From Candidatus Moraniibacteriota bacterium (lineage in GTDB: Bacteria > Patescibacteriota > Minisyncoccia > Moranbacterales > UBA1568), in contig JACPGV010000007.1 of assembly GCA_016182385.1 (NCBI GenBank), positions 12,147-76,146 on the forward strand: a DNA stretch of 64,000 nt. Direction: 5' to 3'. The notes below the pieces were generated by a model. It saw nothing but the letters and a program-made list of their open reading frames with translations. It was not told where the DNA came from and made no database searches. This document shows, piece after piece, positions 9,101 to 19,457 of the stretch. Within the stretch, counting starts at the first letter, position 1, and each line of letters starts with the position of its first letter. The position numbers were made by a program, and so were the translations under genes.

Positions 9101-10105
9101 CTAACGTTTCTGATACTGCTTTTCATAATACTTTTCATATTCGCCGCTCTTCATATTCTTCCACCAGACTTCGTTTTCTTTGAACCAAGCCACCGTATTC
9201 TTAAGACCTTCTTCGAGCGTGACGGACGGACGCCAACCAAGCTCTCGTTCTATTTTCGAAAAATCAATGGCGTAGCGGCGATCGTGACCCGCGCGATCCT
9301 TCACATATTCGATGGAACTTTCATCCTTGCCAAGCGCCGAAAGGAGCTGTTTCACAATCCAGATATTCGGTCGCTCACCATTCCCGCCTACGCAGTAGGT
9401 TTCACCGATCTTCCCCTGCCTAAGGACAAGATCGATCGCCCGACAATGATCCGATACATACAGCCAATCGCGTACCTGCATACCATCGCCATAGACCGGC
9501 ACTTTCTTTCCCTCAAAAAGATTGGTAATAATCAATGGTATAAATTTTTCTGGACAAGCATATGGCCCGTAATTATTTGAGCAATTAGAAATAGTGACCG
9601 GCAGATTATAGGTATGGAAATACGCGCGCACGAGATGATCCGACGAGGCTTTCGATGCACTATACGGGCTCCGCGGATCATACGGCGTCCTCTCATTGAA
9701 GGGCGCGTCATCCAAACCGAGACTGCCAAAAACCTCATCGGTCGAAACGTGATGAAAACGCTTGCCGTGTTTTTTTGCCGCCTCAAGTAAAACGTACGTC
9801 CCCCGCACATTGGTTTCGATAAAAGCGCTCGGATCAAGAATGGAGCGATCGACATGAGACTCGGCCGCAAAATGGACGATCGCATCGCACTCGGCCACGA
9901 GCGGCTCGACAAGAGCGGCGTCCGTGATACTGCCCTTCACGAAGCGATACCGTGGATCATCTTTCCACACCGCGAGATTCTCGAGGTTGCTCGCGTAGGT
10001 CAGGAGATCGAGATTGATCACCTCGTCCTTTGGATACGTTCCAAGGATAAAATGAATAAAATTGCTCCCGATAAATCCCGCTCCGCCAGTAACAAGTATT
10101 TTCAT
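9101..10105 (-). CDS. rfbB: dTDP-glucose 4,6-dehydratase
   Basis: MKILVTGGAGFIGSNF. SDR-type dehydratase with a YxxxK catalytic region. Confidence 0.95.
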   Translation of the reverse strand: MKILVTGGAGFIGSNFIHFILGTYPKDEVINLDLLTYASNLENLAVWKDDPRYRFVKGSITDAALVEPLVAECDAIVHFAAESHVDRSILDPSAFIETNVRGTYVLLEAAKKHGKRFHHVSTDEVFGSLGLDDAPFNERTPYDPRSPYSASKASSDHLVRAYFHTYNLPVTISNCSNNYGPYACPEKFIPLIITNLFEGKKVPVYGDGMQVRDWLYVSDHCRAIDLVLRQGKIGETYCVGGNGERPNIWIVKQLLSALGKDESSIEYVKDRAGHDRRYAIDFSKIERELGWRPSVTLEEGLKNTVAWFKENEVWWKNMKSGEYEKYYEKQYQKR

Positions 10106-10282
10106 AATTTGTTCTAATTTTATAAATCTCTCTTTTCATTCAGCCAGCAACCTTTCGAAGAATCACTCGTAAGACCCGACACGTCTTATTCGTTACGCTT
10201 TCGTCCTCGCTCTCTGCAATGAATCCATTGCAGAACCGTGCCCGCTCGAACTCCAGAGTTTCTTTGAAAAGGTTCTAGTTTC

Positions 10283-10348
10283 AGAAAAAAAATTGGTAAT
10301 AAAAAGCCGCGACCCTTCCAGTATACCAGATACCGGAAAAGCCGCGGC
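10283..10348 (-). terminator. probable intrinsic terminator downstream of rfbC
   Basis: Imperfect GC hairpin gccgcggc...gtcgcggc followed by a T-run on the minus strand. Confidence 0.4.
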
Positions 10349-10356
10349 CAGAAGCG

Positions 10357-10923
10357 TTAGTGTTCCTCGTTGTAAACAAATGCGTCAACAATCTCGCTCA
10401 AAGGTGGTGACGCCGCATCTTTCGAAGAAACTATCGGGGTGACATCTTTCGGCCAGGCGATATCCAAAGCCGGATCATTCCAAAGAATACCTCGATCCGA
10501 TTCTTTGTGATACAGGCCGGTCACTTTGTACGTGAAAATAGTATTATCGACAAGTGACATAAAGGCATGCGCGAATCCGGCCGGAATCCAGAATTGCTTA
10601 TGATTCACCCCTGAAAGTTCCACCATCACGTGCCTGCCGTATGTCGGCGAACCGACACGGATGTCTACCGCCACATCAAGCACGCGCCCACACAAAACTT
10701 GCACGAGTTTTCCTTGTTCAAAGGGCCTTGCCTGATAATGAAGCCCGCGCACGACGCCCCGTTTCGACTTGGAAACGTTGTCTTGGACGAAACGATCAGC
10801 CGGAATACCAAGTTTTTGGTATCGCTCCACGCTAAAAGATTCGAAAAAACAACCACGATCATCGATAAAAACTTCTGGCTGTAAAAGAACAGGTCCATCA
10901 ATAAAAAAGCGTTTTGTTTCCAT
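10357..10923 (-). CDS. rfbC: dTDP-4-dehydrorhamnose 3,5-epimerase
   Basis: RGLHYQ motif, cupin fold. Start chosen at METKRFF. Confidence 0.9.
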   Translation of the reverse strand: METKRFFIDGPVLLQPEVFIDDRGCFFESFSVERYQKLGIPADRFVQDNVSKSKRGVVRGLHYQARPFEQGKLVQVLCGRVLDVAVDIRVGSPTYGRHVMVELSGVNHKQFWIPAGFAHAFMSLVDNTIFTYKVTGLYHKESDRGILWNDPALDIAWPKDVTPIVSSKDAASPPLSEIVDAFVYNEEH

Positions 10924-11018
10924 AGCTTTCTCCTCCAAAAAATTACGGAATGGCATTATCCTATCACGCCACCCAAAAAAAACAAGACCCCGGAACAACC
11001 GGGGTCTTTCTGTATCAA

Positions 11019-11345
11019 TCAAATCTGGATGTCATTCATGACATCATCAAGAGTCTTTTTTTCCTCTGTCGCCGGACGCTCTTCACGTGGCGGACGCTCT
11101 GAACCTTCCGGTTCATTGATTTTCAAATTTACTCGGGCGTTGTTACGAGCACCAATAACACGCAAAAGTGTACGGAGCGCCTTGGCAGTCATACCCTCAC
11201 GGCCAATCACCATACCCATATCTTTTGGGTTCACATCAAGGGTAATCAACACTCCCATCTCATCAATCTTTCTTTCGACCTTCACATCATCCGGATTATC
11301 AACGAGCATTTTTACGACATACTCGATAAAATCCCTATCCTTCAT
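11019..11345 (-). CDS. KH-domain RNA-binding protein (KhpA-like)
   Basis: GMVIGREGMTAKALRTLLRV KH motif, with a charged C-terminal tail. Confidence 0.7.
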   Translation of the reverse strand: MKDRDFIEYVVKMLVDNPDDVKVERKIDEMGVLITLDVNPKDMGMVIGREGMTAKALRTLLRVIGARNNARVNLKINEPEGSERPPREERPATEEKKTLDDVMNDIQI

Positions 11346-11434
11346 ATTGTCTGTCATAAGACAAAACGTCACCGATTATCTGAATTAACCGAAGAAGTCT
11401 TCGCTCCCTCTATATTTGATTATACATTTTTTTT

Positions 11435-12373
11435 CTATACTGACAAGGTATTGTCAAGAAGAAGTTTCTGCCGGGAAAGATGAAAAAAATAGCCGATAAT
11501 AAAGAACGTGATGGCCGGAGCAAACCATTCGGGTATATGAAGGCCAAACGCATGACCCGTCATCACCAATCCGAGGAAAAAAATAGAATACATCGCTCCA
11601 TTTTTGAGAAATACATATTTTTTCACCCGATCGATATTAGAAATGGTTAATTGCCGCACTACCACGGCACCGATACCGTTACCGAGCAAAATAAGTGGTA
11701 CCGAAAGCGTAAAGGCGAACGCGCCAAGTACACCATCGATGGAAAAGCTCATATCAATCACTTCAAGAAAAAGGATTTTGCTGATATCAGACATGCCGCC
11801 ACTCATCAAACGACGTTCGGTTTCCTCGGCATGCTGACGAAATCCATGCGTGATAAAAAATGCCGTCGACCCGACTACCGCGCCAAAAGCAAGCATCGGG
11901 CTTTCTTTAAGAGCGTACCACACGATTACAGCAAGCGCGACCGAAACAAGAGCATAAAACCACGCTCCCTGATTGAGAAAAAAACATTCCGCGCGCAATC
12001 CGAAATGCTTGGGTTCGAGAAAAAGCCAGTGCAGAAAAAGAAATAAAAGAAACACTCCTCCCCCCAAAAGCAATATCGGTGCCGAGGATTGTATTGCCTG
12101 CCCCACCGCCGGATCATTGGAAAACGTCGCCAGAAACGAACCGACAAAACCGAGGTGTGGCACCGTCAAAAAGACGATGACCCATGGCAGGAGTCCGCGC
12201 ACGACGAACACCGCAAAAAAAATTCCCCATGTAATGAAAAAGCGACGCGCCTTCGCTCCCATCGTCGAAAGCACTTCGGCATTGATGACGGCATTATCGA
12301 TACTGGAAACGGTTTCAAACACCACCAGCCCGACAACAATAAACAACACAGAAAAAAAATCCATATCTTTCAA
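11435..12373 (-). CDS. TerC/DUF475-like integral membrane protein
   Basis: Multi-pass membrane protein with two SIDNA/SIDG repeats. Confidence 0.55.
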   Translation of the reverse strand: MKDMDFFSVLFIVVGLVVFETVSSIDNAVINAEVLSTMGAKARRFFITWGIFFAVFVVRGLLPWVIVFLTVPHLGFVGSFLATFSNDPAVGQAIQSSAPILLLGGGVFLLFLFLHWLFLEPKHFGLRAECFFLNQGAWFYALVSVALAVIVWYALKESPMLAFGAVVGSTAFFITHGFRQHAEETERRLMSGGMSDISKILFLEVIDMSFSIDGVLGAFAFTLSVPLILLGNGIGAVVVRQLTISNIDRVKKYVFLKNGAMYSIFFLGLVMTGHAFGLHIPEWFAPAITFFIIGYFFHLSRQKLLLDNTLSV

Positions 12374-12400
12374 TAAAAATATCAGAAATATTCTCGCATG

Positions 12401-13735
12401 TTATATTTTTTCTGTCCACTCTTCTGGCGGAGCAAACGGCTTGTCACGCCATTCAGGCGATTGACAACACAAAACATTTCGAGCGCTCGCGGGGTCGGCA
12501 AGCAAAATTTCCGTCATCTTTTCCATTCGCATACCGCGTGATCCTTTAATAAGAACAAGATCTCCCATTCGTAAAAAACCACACGCCACATCAAAAGCTG
12601 AAAACACGTCAGGAAACCAAAAAACCTGTTTCCGGGAAAACCCCCGATTGAGAAGTTCTTCAAAAAGAAAATGCATATGCTGTCCCACAAGAATAGCGAC
12701 GTGCACATCTCCGGCAATAATTTTTTCAGCAAGCGCCCGGTGCTCATTTTCCGCGTCGCCCCCCAATTCAAGCATATCACCCAGTATAACAACTCGCCGA
12801 GGAGCCATAAGCTCTTTCATAGTTTCAAGAGCTGCTGTTACTGATGCCGGAGACGCGTTGTACGTATCATCAAGCAAACTGCTACCTTCTCTTCCGGAAA
12901 GCAATTGCAATCGTCCCGGTAGTGGCGCAAAAGCTTCCAACGCTTGAGCTATTTCCACCAAGTTCATTTTCATAACAATACCACACCCCACGGCCCCCAA
13001 AACAGCGCTTATATGATGTCGGCCCACGATAAGTGGTAAACGCACAGGGATACTCTTGCCGGCATAATTCAACTTAAAACTAAATCCATCGATGTTTCTG
13101 ATATCTCGGTGAAATAAAAGATTATCCACATGCACCATTGCACCATCATCAAAACCATACGTCATCACCTGCGCCTTGGTTTTTTCCGCCATCTTTCTCA
13201 CTCGGGGATCATCATAATTAAGAATAACGTGTCCTTGCGCCGGTACAGCTAAAGGAAGTTTTCCCTTTTCTTTCGCGATCGCTTGTATCGAACCAAAAAA
13301 AGCAACGTGACTCAATGACACTTGCGTAACCACTGCCACGTCAATAGGAATAAAAGAAAGAAGATATTCCATATCTTTCGGTCGATCAATACCCATTTCC
13401 AAAACAAGTATTTTCGGATACCGTACGGGAAAAAGTATTGCGATACACCATCGCCCAAAGACACAAAGCCATCCCCACAAAGAATGCCCCCCGCTTCGGG
13501 CGCCTATGATAGTAAGAGGAATACCAATCTCATTGTTATAATTCCCTTCCGTTTTTCGCACATCATAAACCGACGACAATACATGAGCAATAGCTTCTTT
13601 TGTCGAACTTTTTCCCACCGAACCGGTAATACCAATCACCGTTGGCTTGTACTTCATAAGAAGCATCCTGGCACACCAACGAAGAAAAATCTGAAGAAAC
13701 GTTTTTTTTGTCATACAATTACTCTTTGGAGACAA
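12401..13735 (-). CDS. murF: UDP-N-acetylmuramoyl-tripeptide--D-alanyl-D-alanine ligase
   Basis: KPTVIGITGSVGKSSTKE P-loop and Mur ligase middle and C domains. The N-terminal domain is shortened. Confidence 0.9.
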   Translation of the reverse strand: MSPKSNCMTKKTFLQIFLRWCARMLLMKYKPTVIGITGSVGKSSTKEAIAHVLSSVYDVRKTEGNYNNEIGIPLTIIGARSGGHSLWGWLCVFGRWCIAILFPVRYPKILVLEMGIDRPKDMEYLLSFIPIDVAVVTQVSLSHVAFFGSIQAIAKEKGKLPLAVPAQGHVILNYDDPRVRKMAEKTKAQVMTYGFDDGAMVHVDNLLFHRDIRNIDGFSFKLNYAGKSIPVRLPLIVGRHHISAVLGAVGCGIVMKMNLVEIAQALEAFAPLPGRLQLLSGREGSSLLDDTYNASPASVTAALETMKELMAPRRVVILGDMLELGGDAENEHRALAEKIIAGDVHVAILVGQHMHFLFEELLNRGFSRKQVFWFPDVFSAFDVACGFLRMGDLVLIKGSRGMRMEKMTEILLADPASARNVLCCQSPEWRDKPFAPPEEWTEKI

Positions 13736-15500
13736 CAGACTCCGTCGGTTTTATCTTAGCGTATTCAAGTAAAAATTTCATTATGCGACCAAAAGTTGGC
13801 GCGGCGCTTGACTCCGCCCATTGAACGTCTTTTGGATTATCTATCTTCACCAACACAACAAAACGAGGATCATCTATGGGAGCATACCCGACAAATGAAC
13901 CAATGGTCAATCCTTCTTCATATCCCAAACTATTACTTTTCGCCACCTGAGCCGTACCGGTTTTGCCACCAACACGATATCCCGACACCTGTGCACGCTT
14001 CCCGTGACCGCGCACCACGACACTTTCAAGCATTTCTCCAATGCTCTCACTTGTTTCTTTGCTTACTACCCGCCGCACTTCTTCCGGTACCATCTTTTCT
14101 TTCGTTCCGTCAGGATATATCAGGGAATCAATAATGGCTGGTTTATATAATATTCCCCCATTGGCAAGCGCGGCATAGGCCATCACCATTTGAAGAGGTG
14201 TCACCGTAACGCCCTGTCCAAAAGAAGCGGTAAAAAATTGAATATCCGAACGAAGATTGCTCAAATTGCGCGTATCACCAGCAAGTTCTGCCGGCAACGC
14301 CACAGAAGTTTTTTTACCAAAACCAAAACGTTCAAAATAATCACGAAATGTTTGATTCCCAACAAGTTTTTCGACAAAGATAACTCCCGTATTGATCGAT
14401 TCTTCAAGTACCTTCATCATCGTGCTTCGGCCGTACACTTTATTTTCCGAATTACGAATATCATATCCGCTTATTTTCACCACTCCGGTATCAACATATT
14501 CGGTATGCGGCGATATCTTTTTTTCTTCAATGCCAATCGCCAAAGTAATCGGTTTCATGATTGATCCCGGCTCATACGAAAGACTGACGGCCGGATTAAG
14601 AAAAACTGAATAATCTTCTACCTTGGAATATTCATTGGGATCAAACTGTGGTAAAGAAGCCATCGCGAGAAGAGCGCCCGTTTTCGGATCGACAACAATT
14701 GCCGTCGCCCGATCGGCCTTATGTTTCTCCATTGCTTCACGAAGAATTTTCTCCGTCTCATACTGAATGACACGATCAAGTGTCAACACAACATCCGCCC
14801 CATGGCGAGGAGCAACAATCTCCCGATCAGACAAAGCGATCCAGCGTCCTCCCGCGTCTTTTTCTTGAGAAACCATACCGGTTTCACCACGCAAACGATT
14901 ATCTTGAGAGGATTCAATACCGTACCCACCCGCACCACCGTCTTCGCCAAGACTGGCAAAACCAACCACCTGAGCTCCCAATTCACCAGCCGGATAATAA
15001 CGATATTTCTCCGGCAAAAATGCCACTCCTGTTAAATGGGCCGAGCGGATACGTTCCTCCTCATCTTCCGTCAAACGTTTTTTGATAATTTCAAAAGGAT
15101 CATCAGGACGATTCACCTTCCCACGAATCTCTTCAATATCAATACCGACAATAGCGGAAAGCTCGGCGGCAACACGTTCTTTTTCCGTAACATCCTTGGG
15201 TACCACGTACGCCATTTTATACTCCCGATTGACCGCCAGCGGATACCAACCGTCACCATCACGCATAAAAATTTCTCCTCTTTCAGCAGAAAGTTCTTGA
15301 AAAACGTTGTGCTGATCTTCAGCAATAGATTTCCATTTTTTATGATCAACAATCTGAACATAGTACAACCGCCCTATAAGCGACACGCCAACCAATAAAA
15401 CACACAAAAAGAGACCTCTCATGCGCCACTCATCTCCAAAAGAGATCTTTTCCCGTTTCTTCATTTTTGGTCGTATGATTTCCGCACCGTGTGCTCTCAT
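13719..15500 (-). CDS. ftsI: peptidoglycan D,D-transpeptidase (PBP2/FtsI class)
   Basis: SIMKP (SxxK), KTGTA and SGYRVGGKTGTAQV motifs, with an N-terminal TM anchor. Confidence 0.9.
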   Translation of the reverse strand: MRAHGAEIIRPKMKKREKISFGDEWRMRGLFLCVLLVGVSLIGRLYYVQIVDHKKWKSIAEDQHNVFQELSAERGEIFMRDGDGWYPLAVNREYKMAYVVPKDVTEKERVAAELSAIVGIDIEEIRGKVNRPDDPFEIIKKRLTEDEEERIRSAHLTGVAFLPEKYRYYPAGELGAQVVGFASLGEDGGAGGYGIESSQDNRLRGETGMVSQEKDAGGRWIALSDREIVAPRHGADVVLTLDRVIQYETEKILREAMEKHKADRATAIVVDPKTGALLAMASLPQFDPNEYSKVEDYSVFLNPAVSLSYEPGSIMKPITLAIGIEEKKISPHTEYVDTGVVKISGYDIRNSENKVYGRSTMMKVLEESINTGVIFVEKLVGNQTFRDYFERFGFGKKTSVALPAELAGDTRNLSNLRSDIQFFTASFGQGVTVTPLQMVMAYAALANGGILYKPAIIDSLIYPDGTKEKMVPEEVRRVVSKETSESIGEMLESVVVRGHGKRAQVSGYRVGGKTGTAQVAKSNSLGYEEGLTIGSFVGYAPIDDPRFVVLVKIDNPKDVQWAESSAAPTFGRIMKFLLEYAKIKPTESVVSKE

Positions 15501-15577
15501 AATCGTGCTCTTCTTTCACCTCCACATACCATGACACCGGCGGCGATATATTTTTGGTTTAACAACAAAAATCCCTT

Positions 15578-15979
15578 CTAACGAACCGAGAATCGTGAGG
15601 AAATATCCCTCAAAACCAACGGGTCTTGCTCACGACGTGCTTCAAGATATATTGTTGCCTCCGCCTTCTGCATACGAAGCTCGCTCGTCGAGGCCTCTAT
15701 ACGATGCAATGAACGCAAGTCCGCCTCTCTAATAGCAAGCTCCGTATTTTCTTGTTGCAACGCGTGAAGCTCCTTTTCCAAAGAACGCACTTGATACCCG
15801 TGTACTGCCGTTTGGTTTACAGAATAAAGATACCCTCCTCCCATAACAAAAAGCATAAGCAACACCCCAAGCGCCAACACATCCACCGAACCAGCAAGTC
15901 TGGATTGTTTCTTTTCCCGATCAAATTTCTGCTCTGTCGCGGCAGACCATGTCTTGACGCGACAATATTTCGGTTGCAT
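15578..15979 (-). CDS. ftsL: FtsL-like cell division protein
   Basis: Small bitopic coiled-coil protein sitting between rsmH and ftsI in dcw-cluster order. Confidence 0.6.
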   Translation of the reverse strand: MQPKYCRVKTWSAATEQKFDREKKQSRLAGSVDVLALGVLLMLFVMGGGYLYSVNQTAVHGYQVRSLEKELHALQQENTELAIREADLRSLHRIEASTSELRMQKAEATIYLEARREQDPLVLRDISSRFSVR

Positions 15980-16019
15980 ATTCTTTTTTTGTTTTTTTGT
16001 TTTTGTTTACCGTCCCCTG

Positions 16020-16997
16020 CTATGGATTTTTTTGCGCTATCCGTAACTTGGCGCTTCTCGCTCGCGGATTACGATTCGTTTCATCAACACTCGGAATAAT
16101 CGGCTTCTTGGTGATAATTTTAAGCGACGCCTTTTTTCCGCATCGACAAACTGGGAAACCAAGAGGACATACGCATCCTCGAGACAATTCCTGAAAAAAA
16201 TGCTTGACGATCCTATCCTCTCCGGAGTGAAACGTAATCACTGCCAACCGCCCACCAGGACGCAGATATCGTACACTTTCTTCAAGAAACATCTTCAAAT
16301 GCTCATGCTCTTTATTTACTACGATGCGTAATGCTTGAAACGTTTTTGTTGCTGGATGAATTTTTAATTTTCTTCTTTTGGCGGCTGGATAAACATTTTC
16401 AATAATTTCACGAAGCATCGTCGTTGTTTCTATCGGTCGCTCTTCTCGCGCACGAATAATCGCCCGAGCAATACGAGATGCCTCTTCTTCATCTCCGTAC
16501 TCACGTATAATGTGACGAAGCTCATCGACAGAAGATGAGTGGAGGAGCATCGCTGCCGTCATTTCACTCTCTCTATCGAGTCGCATATCAAGCGGTCCAT
16601 CTTGTAAAAGACCAAAACCTCGCTCGCGATCTTCGATTTGATCGGATGAAAATCCGAGGTCCGCGAAAATAGCATCTACAAAGGCGACACCTTGTTGCTT
16701 GAGCACCCCTCCCAGGTCGGAATAATTTCCGTGCGCAAGCACAAGAGATTCATCTTCAAACATTGTTTGCACATCGGGATTGTCCGAAATTCGGTTACGA
16801 AAACGCTCAAGAGCAGACGCGTCGACATCAAGAGCTATCACTTTCCCGCCAGGGACAACGCCGTGACAAAAAGCAATCAAATGTCCGCCGCCACCTAGGG
16901 TTGCGTCAACAACCGTATTTCCGGATCCGATGGCAAGCATCGCGATCGCTTCATTTAAAAGAACCGGTATGTGCCTCGTCTCTTTCATAATCTTCAT
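16020..16997 (-). CDS. rsmH: 16S rRNA (cytosine1402-N4)-methyltransferase
   Basis: HIPVLLNEAI...DATLGGGGH signature of MraW/RsmH. Confidence 0.95.
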   Translation of the reverse strand: MKIMKETRHIPVLLNEAIAMLAIGSGNTVVDATLGGGGHLIAFCHGVVPGGKVIALDVDASALERFRNRISDNPDVQTMFEDESLVLAHGNYSDLGGVLKQQGVAFVDAIFADLGFSSDQIEDRERGFGLLQDGPLDMRLDRESEMTAAMLLHSSSVDELRHIIREYGDEEEASRIARAIIRAREERPIETTTMLREIIENVYPAAKRRKLKIHPATKTFQALRIVVNKEHEHLKMFLEESVRYLRPGGRLAVITFHSGEDRIVKHFFQELSRGCVCPLGFPVCRCGKKASLKIITKKPIIPSVDETNRNPRARSAKLRIAQKNP

Positions 16998-17079
16998 TCT
17001 CCATTCCTCGTTTTTAATTTCTCCAACACCGTGTACGTATCACCTTCCATGGATTAAAAATCAAAAACGAACAATTGAT

Positions 17080-17514
17080 TTAATAAATTCCCAATTTTCC
17101 AAGATTTTCCGCGATCTTCCCGGTATGTTTTTCCGCTTGCCCTTTATAACGTTTCCACTTCTCCGTGTCCCAAATTTCCAAACGATTGAAAAGACCAACC
17201 ACCGTTACTTCTTTTTTTAATCCACCGTCTTGTTTCAAATACTCAGGCAACAAAATTCTTCCTTGATTATCAAGTTCCACATCGGTCGCGCCGGCAAGCA
17301 TGACACGAATAAAACTCCGCGTACCTGCCTCACCAACCGGCAATGTTCCAAGTTTCGTTGCCAATTCTTCCCACACTTTCATTGGATAAACAAAAAGACA
17401 AGTATCCAATCCACGTGTCACTACCACCTTATTTCCCAATTCACCACGAAACTTCGAAGGAAGCGCTAGGCGCTTCTTGGGATCAATGATGTGTTTGTAT
17501 TCTCCGATGAACAT
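17080..17514 (-). CDS. mraZ: transcriptional regulator MraZ
   Basis: MFIGEYKHIIDPKKRLALPSKFR, a duplicated MraZ domain. Start placed at MFIG. Confidence 0.9.
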   Translation of the reverse strand: MFIGEYKHIIDPKKRLALPSKFRGELGNKVVVTRGLDTCLFVYPMKVWEELATKLGTLPVGEAGTRSFIRVMLAGATDVELDNQGRILLPEYLKQDGGLKKEVTVVGLFNRLEIWDTEKWKRYKGQAEKHTGKIAENLGKLGIY

Positions 17515-17544
17515 AGGCGCACAAAATGACGATAGTGTGAAATT

Positions 17545-17562
17545 CCCCACTTTCACCCACCT
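17545..17562 (-). promoter_or_regulatory. putative MraZ-binding direct repeats (GTGGG-N5-GTGGG)
   Basis: The minus strand reads aGGTGGGtgaaaGTGGGGaattt about 30 nt upstream of the mraZ start, with the 10-bp periodicity seen in E. coli MraZ boxes. Confidence 0.35.
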
Positions 17563-17625
17563 ATCTATAACTAGTCACCATTTTACTCCACATATTGTTC
17601 ACCAGTCAACACAATCACTTATCCA

Positions 17626-17656
17626 CCAAAAAAACGGCTCCTTCAAGCCGTTTTTA
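17626..17656 (-). terminator. intrinsic terminator downstream of pepA
   Basis: aaacggct-ccttca-agccgttt hairpin flanked by A and T runs. Confidence 0.5.
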
Positions 17657-17680
17657 CAATTTCCCTCAAAATTCAATCCT

Positions 17681-19090
17681 TTAAAGTTTTTCCAATACTT
17701 TCAAAAGCAGTTGAATAGACGCGCCAGCAGATCCCTTGGAAAGAAACTCGCTTTGAAGCGTCGTCATTCGTGGAGCAATATCAAGATGCACAAATGGATA
17801 CGCGTGATCAACAAACTGTTTGAGAAATACCGCCGCGGTAATTGCCCCTCCCCAGGGAGTTTTACTCATATTCGCCACATCACCGAACACTCCTTTGATG
17901 TCCTCAGCATATTCATCCCACAAGGGTAATGGCCACACAGGGTCATTACTTTCTTCACCGGCCTCACGAAATAATTTTTCCAAACTTTCATCCTCCGTAA
18001 AAAGAGCGGAAGCCCGTTCACCAAGAGCCACCAAAGCGGCTCCCGTAAGTGTCGCCACATCAACAACAAGTTTTGGTCGATATCGTTTGGCATAATGAAG
18101 CGCGTCAGCAAGAATAATTCTCCCCTCGGCATCAGTGTTGAGTACTTCAATAGTCTTACCGGACATCGATCGCAGAATATCGCCCGGGCGATAACTCGAT
18201 CCGGACGGCATATTTTCTACCGCCGGCACAAGCGCAATAATATTTTTTCGTATACGAAGACGGGCGGCAGCGGCAATCGTATGAATCACGGCCGCGCCAC
18301 CAGACATATCCATATTCATTCCCAAAAGCGCATCACTCGGTTTCAAGTTGATACCCCCCGTATCAAACGTCACACCTTTTCCTACCAACACAATCGGTTG
18401 TTCTTTTTTTGTTGTCCCAAGATATTCAAGAATAATAAAACGGGGCTTCTCATGAGAACCGCTCCCCACACCGACGATCCCTCCCATCTTTTGCCGTTTT
18501 ATTTCCCGTTCGTCAAAGACGGTAACTCGTACCGGCAACCCCTTCACGGATTGTCGTGCATGCTTCGCCAACAATTTTGGTGTCATTTCCCCACCCGGCA
18601 TTGTCGAAATGTAGCGTGATCGATTCACTTCTTCTCCAATAATGATACCTCGCTTAACGCCACTCAAAAAATCTTTTCCTGTGGCGTGCGCGAGAACGAT
18701 CGTGCGTATTTCCAAAAATCCCTCTTTCGGCTGAGACAAAAAATCACGAAAAGAAAAATCTGCCATTAAGAAATTTATAGCAAGCCATTCACCGAGCTCT
18801 CGTTCCGACATAAAAACGGAAGGGAAACGAAATTGCCGCACATCAAACACGATATCCTTACATTTTTTCAAGGCGGCCTCCCGCACCGCCCGACGCGCCA
18901 AAAGCGCTACTGTGCGACGCGTCATACTTTTTTTCTTTCCAGTCACAAAAAAGAGTGTCTCTCGGGTTCCTTTCTCTCGAAAAATTCCTTCGTTTCCTTC
19001 TTCAGAAAAACATATTGGTGTCATTCCTTTGTTTTTCCACCACGAAACCTCTTTTTTTGAAACATCGATATTCATATACATAACGTTCAC
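17681..19090 (-). CDS. pepA: leucyl aminopeptidase (M17)
   Basis: NTDAEGRIILADAL metal-binding signature. Confidence 0.9.
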   Translation of the reverse strand: MNVMYMNIDVSKKEVSWWKNKGMTPICFSEEGNEGIFREKGTRETLFFVTGKKKSMTRRTVALLARRAVREAALKKCKDIVFDVRQFRFPSVFMSERELGEWLAINFLMADFSFRDFLSQPKEGFLEIRTIVLAHATGKDFLSGVKRGIIIGEEVNRSRYISTMPGGEMTPKLLAKHARQSVKGLPVRVTVFDEREIKRQKMGGIVGVGSGSHEKPRFIILEYLGTTKKEQPIVLVGKGVTFDTGGINLKPSDALLGMNMDMSGGAAVIHTIAAAARLRIRKNIIALVPAVENMPSGSSYRPGDILRSMSGKTIEVLNTDAEGRIILADALHYAKRYRPKLVVDVATLTGAALVALGERASALFTEDESLEKLFREAGEESNDPVWPLPLWDEYAEDIKGVFGDVANMSKTPWGGAITAAVFLKQFVDHAYPFVHLDIAPRMTTLQSEFLSKGSAGASIQLLLKVLEKL

Positions 19091-19130
19091 TTATGAAACC
19101 CTATTCTAGCACATTTTCTCTCTTTTTCAA

Positions 19131-19168
19131 GAAAAAAATTCGGCGCAGAGAACTTATTTCCCGCGCCG
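19131..19168 (-). terminator. intrinsic terminator for the small gene
   Basis: cggcgc-N15-gcgccg hairpin followed by a T-run on the minus strand. Confidence 0.5.
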
Positions 19169-19181
19169 ATGATAACCTCCT

Positions 19182-19391
19182 TTATGTTTTTCGTTGCAAC
19201 AACACGCCTATCCCGAGATGAATCTCTCGGTGGCGCGCACACAAATTTACTACTTGTTCTTTATTGTTTTTTTGTTGTGCCCGAAGAACAAGCACACCCA
19301 ATATTTTTTTCATGGAGATAGCAGTAACCGTATCTCCACCAGCGATAGCTTTTTTCGCCCTGTCAAAGACCATATCGGGGCAAATTGACAT
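19182..19391 (-). CDS. small hypothetical protein (69 aa)
   Basis: AGGAGG Shine-Dalgarno 6 nt before the ATG, a candidate promoter upstream and a terminator immediately downstream. Confidence 0.45.
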   Translation of the reverse strand: MSICPDMVFDRAKKAIAGGDTVTAISMKKILGVLVLRAQQKNNKEQVVNLCARHREIHLGIGVLLQRKT

Positions 19392-19457
19392 ATTTTCCTC
19401 CTGTAAAGAACTAAAAAACGACGTGATGTCGCTCGGTTAAAAAAACTGACCAAAATA

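Noticed and set aside
8438-9580. 380-aa plus-strand ORF
   Set aside because: It is antisense to rfbD and rfbB, which have clear homology. The sequence is low-complexity. It is a shadow ORF.
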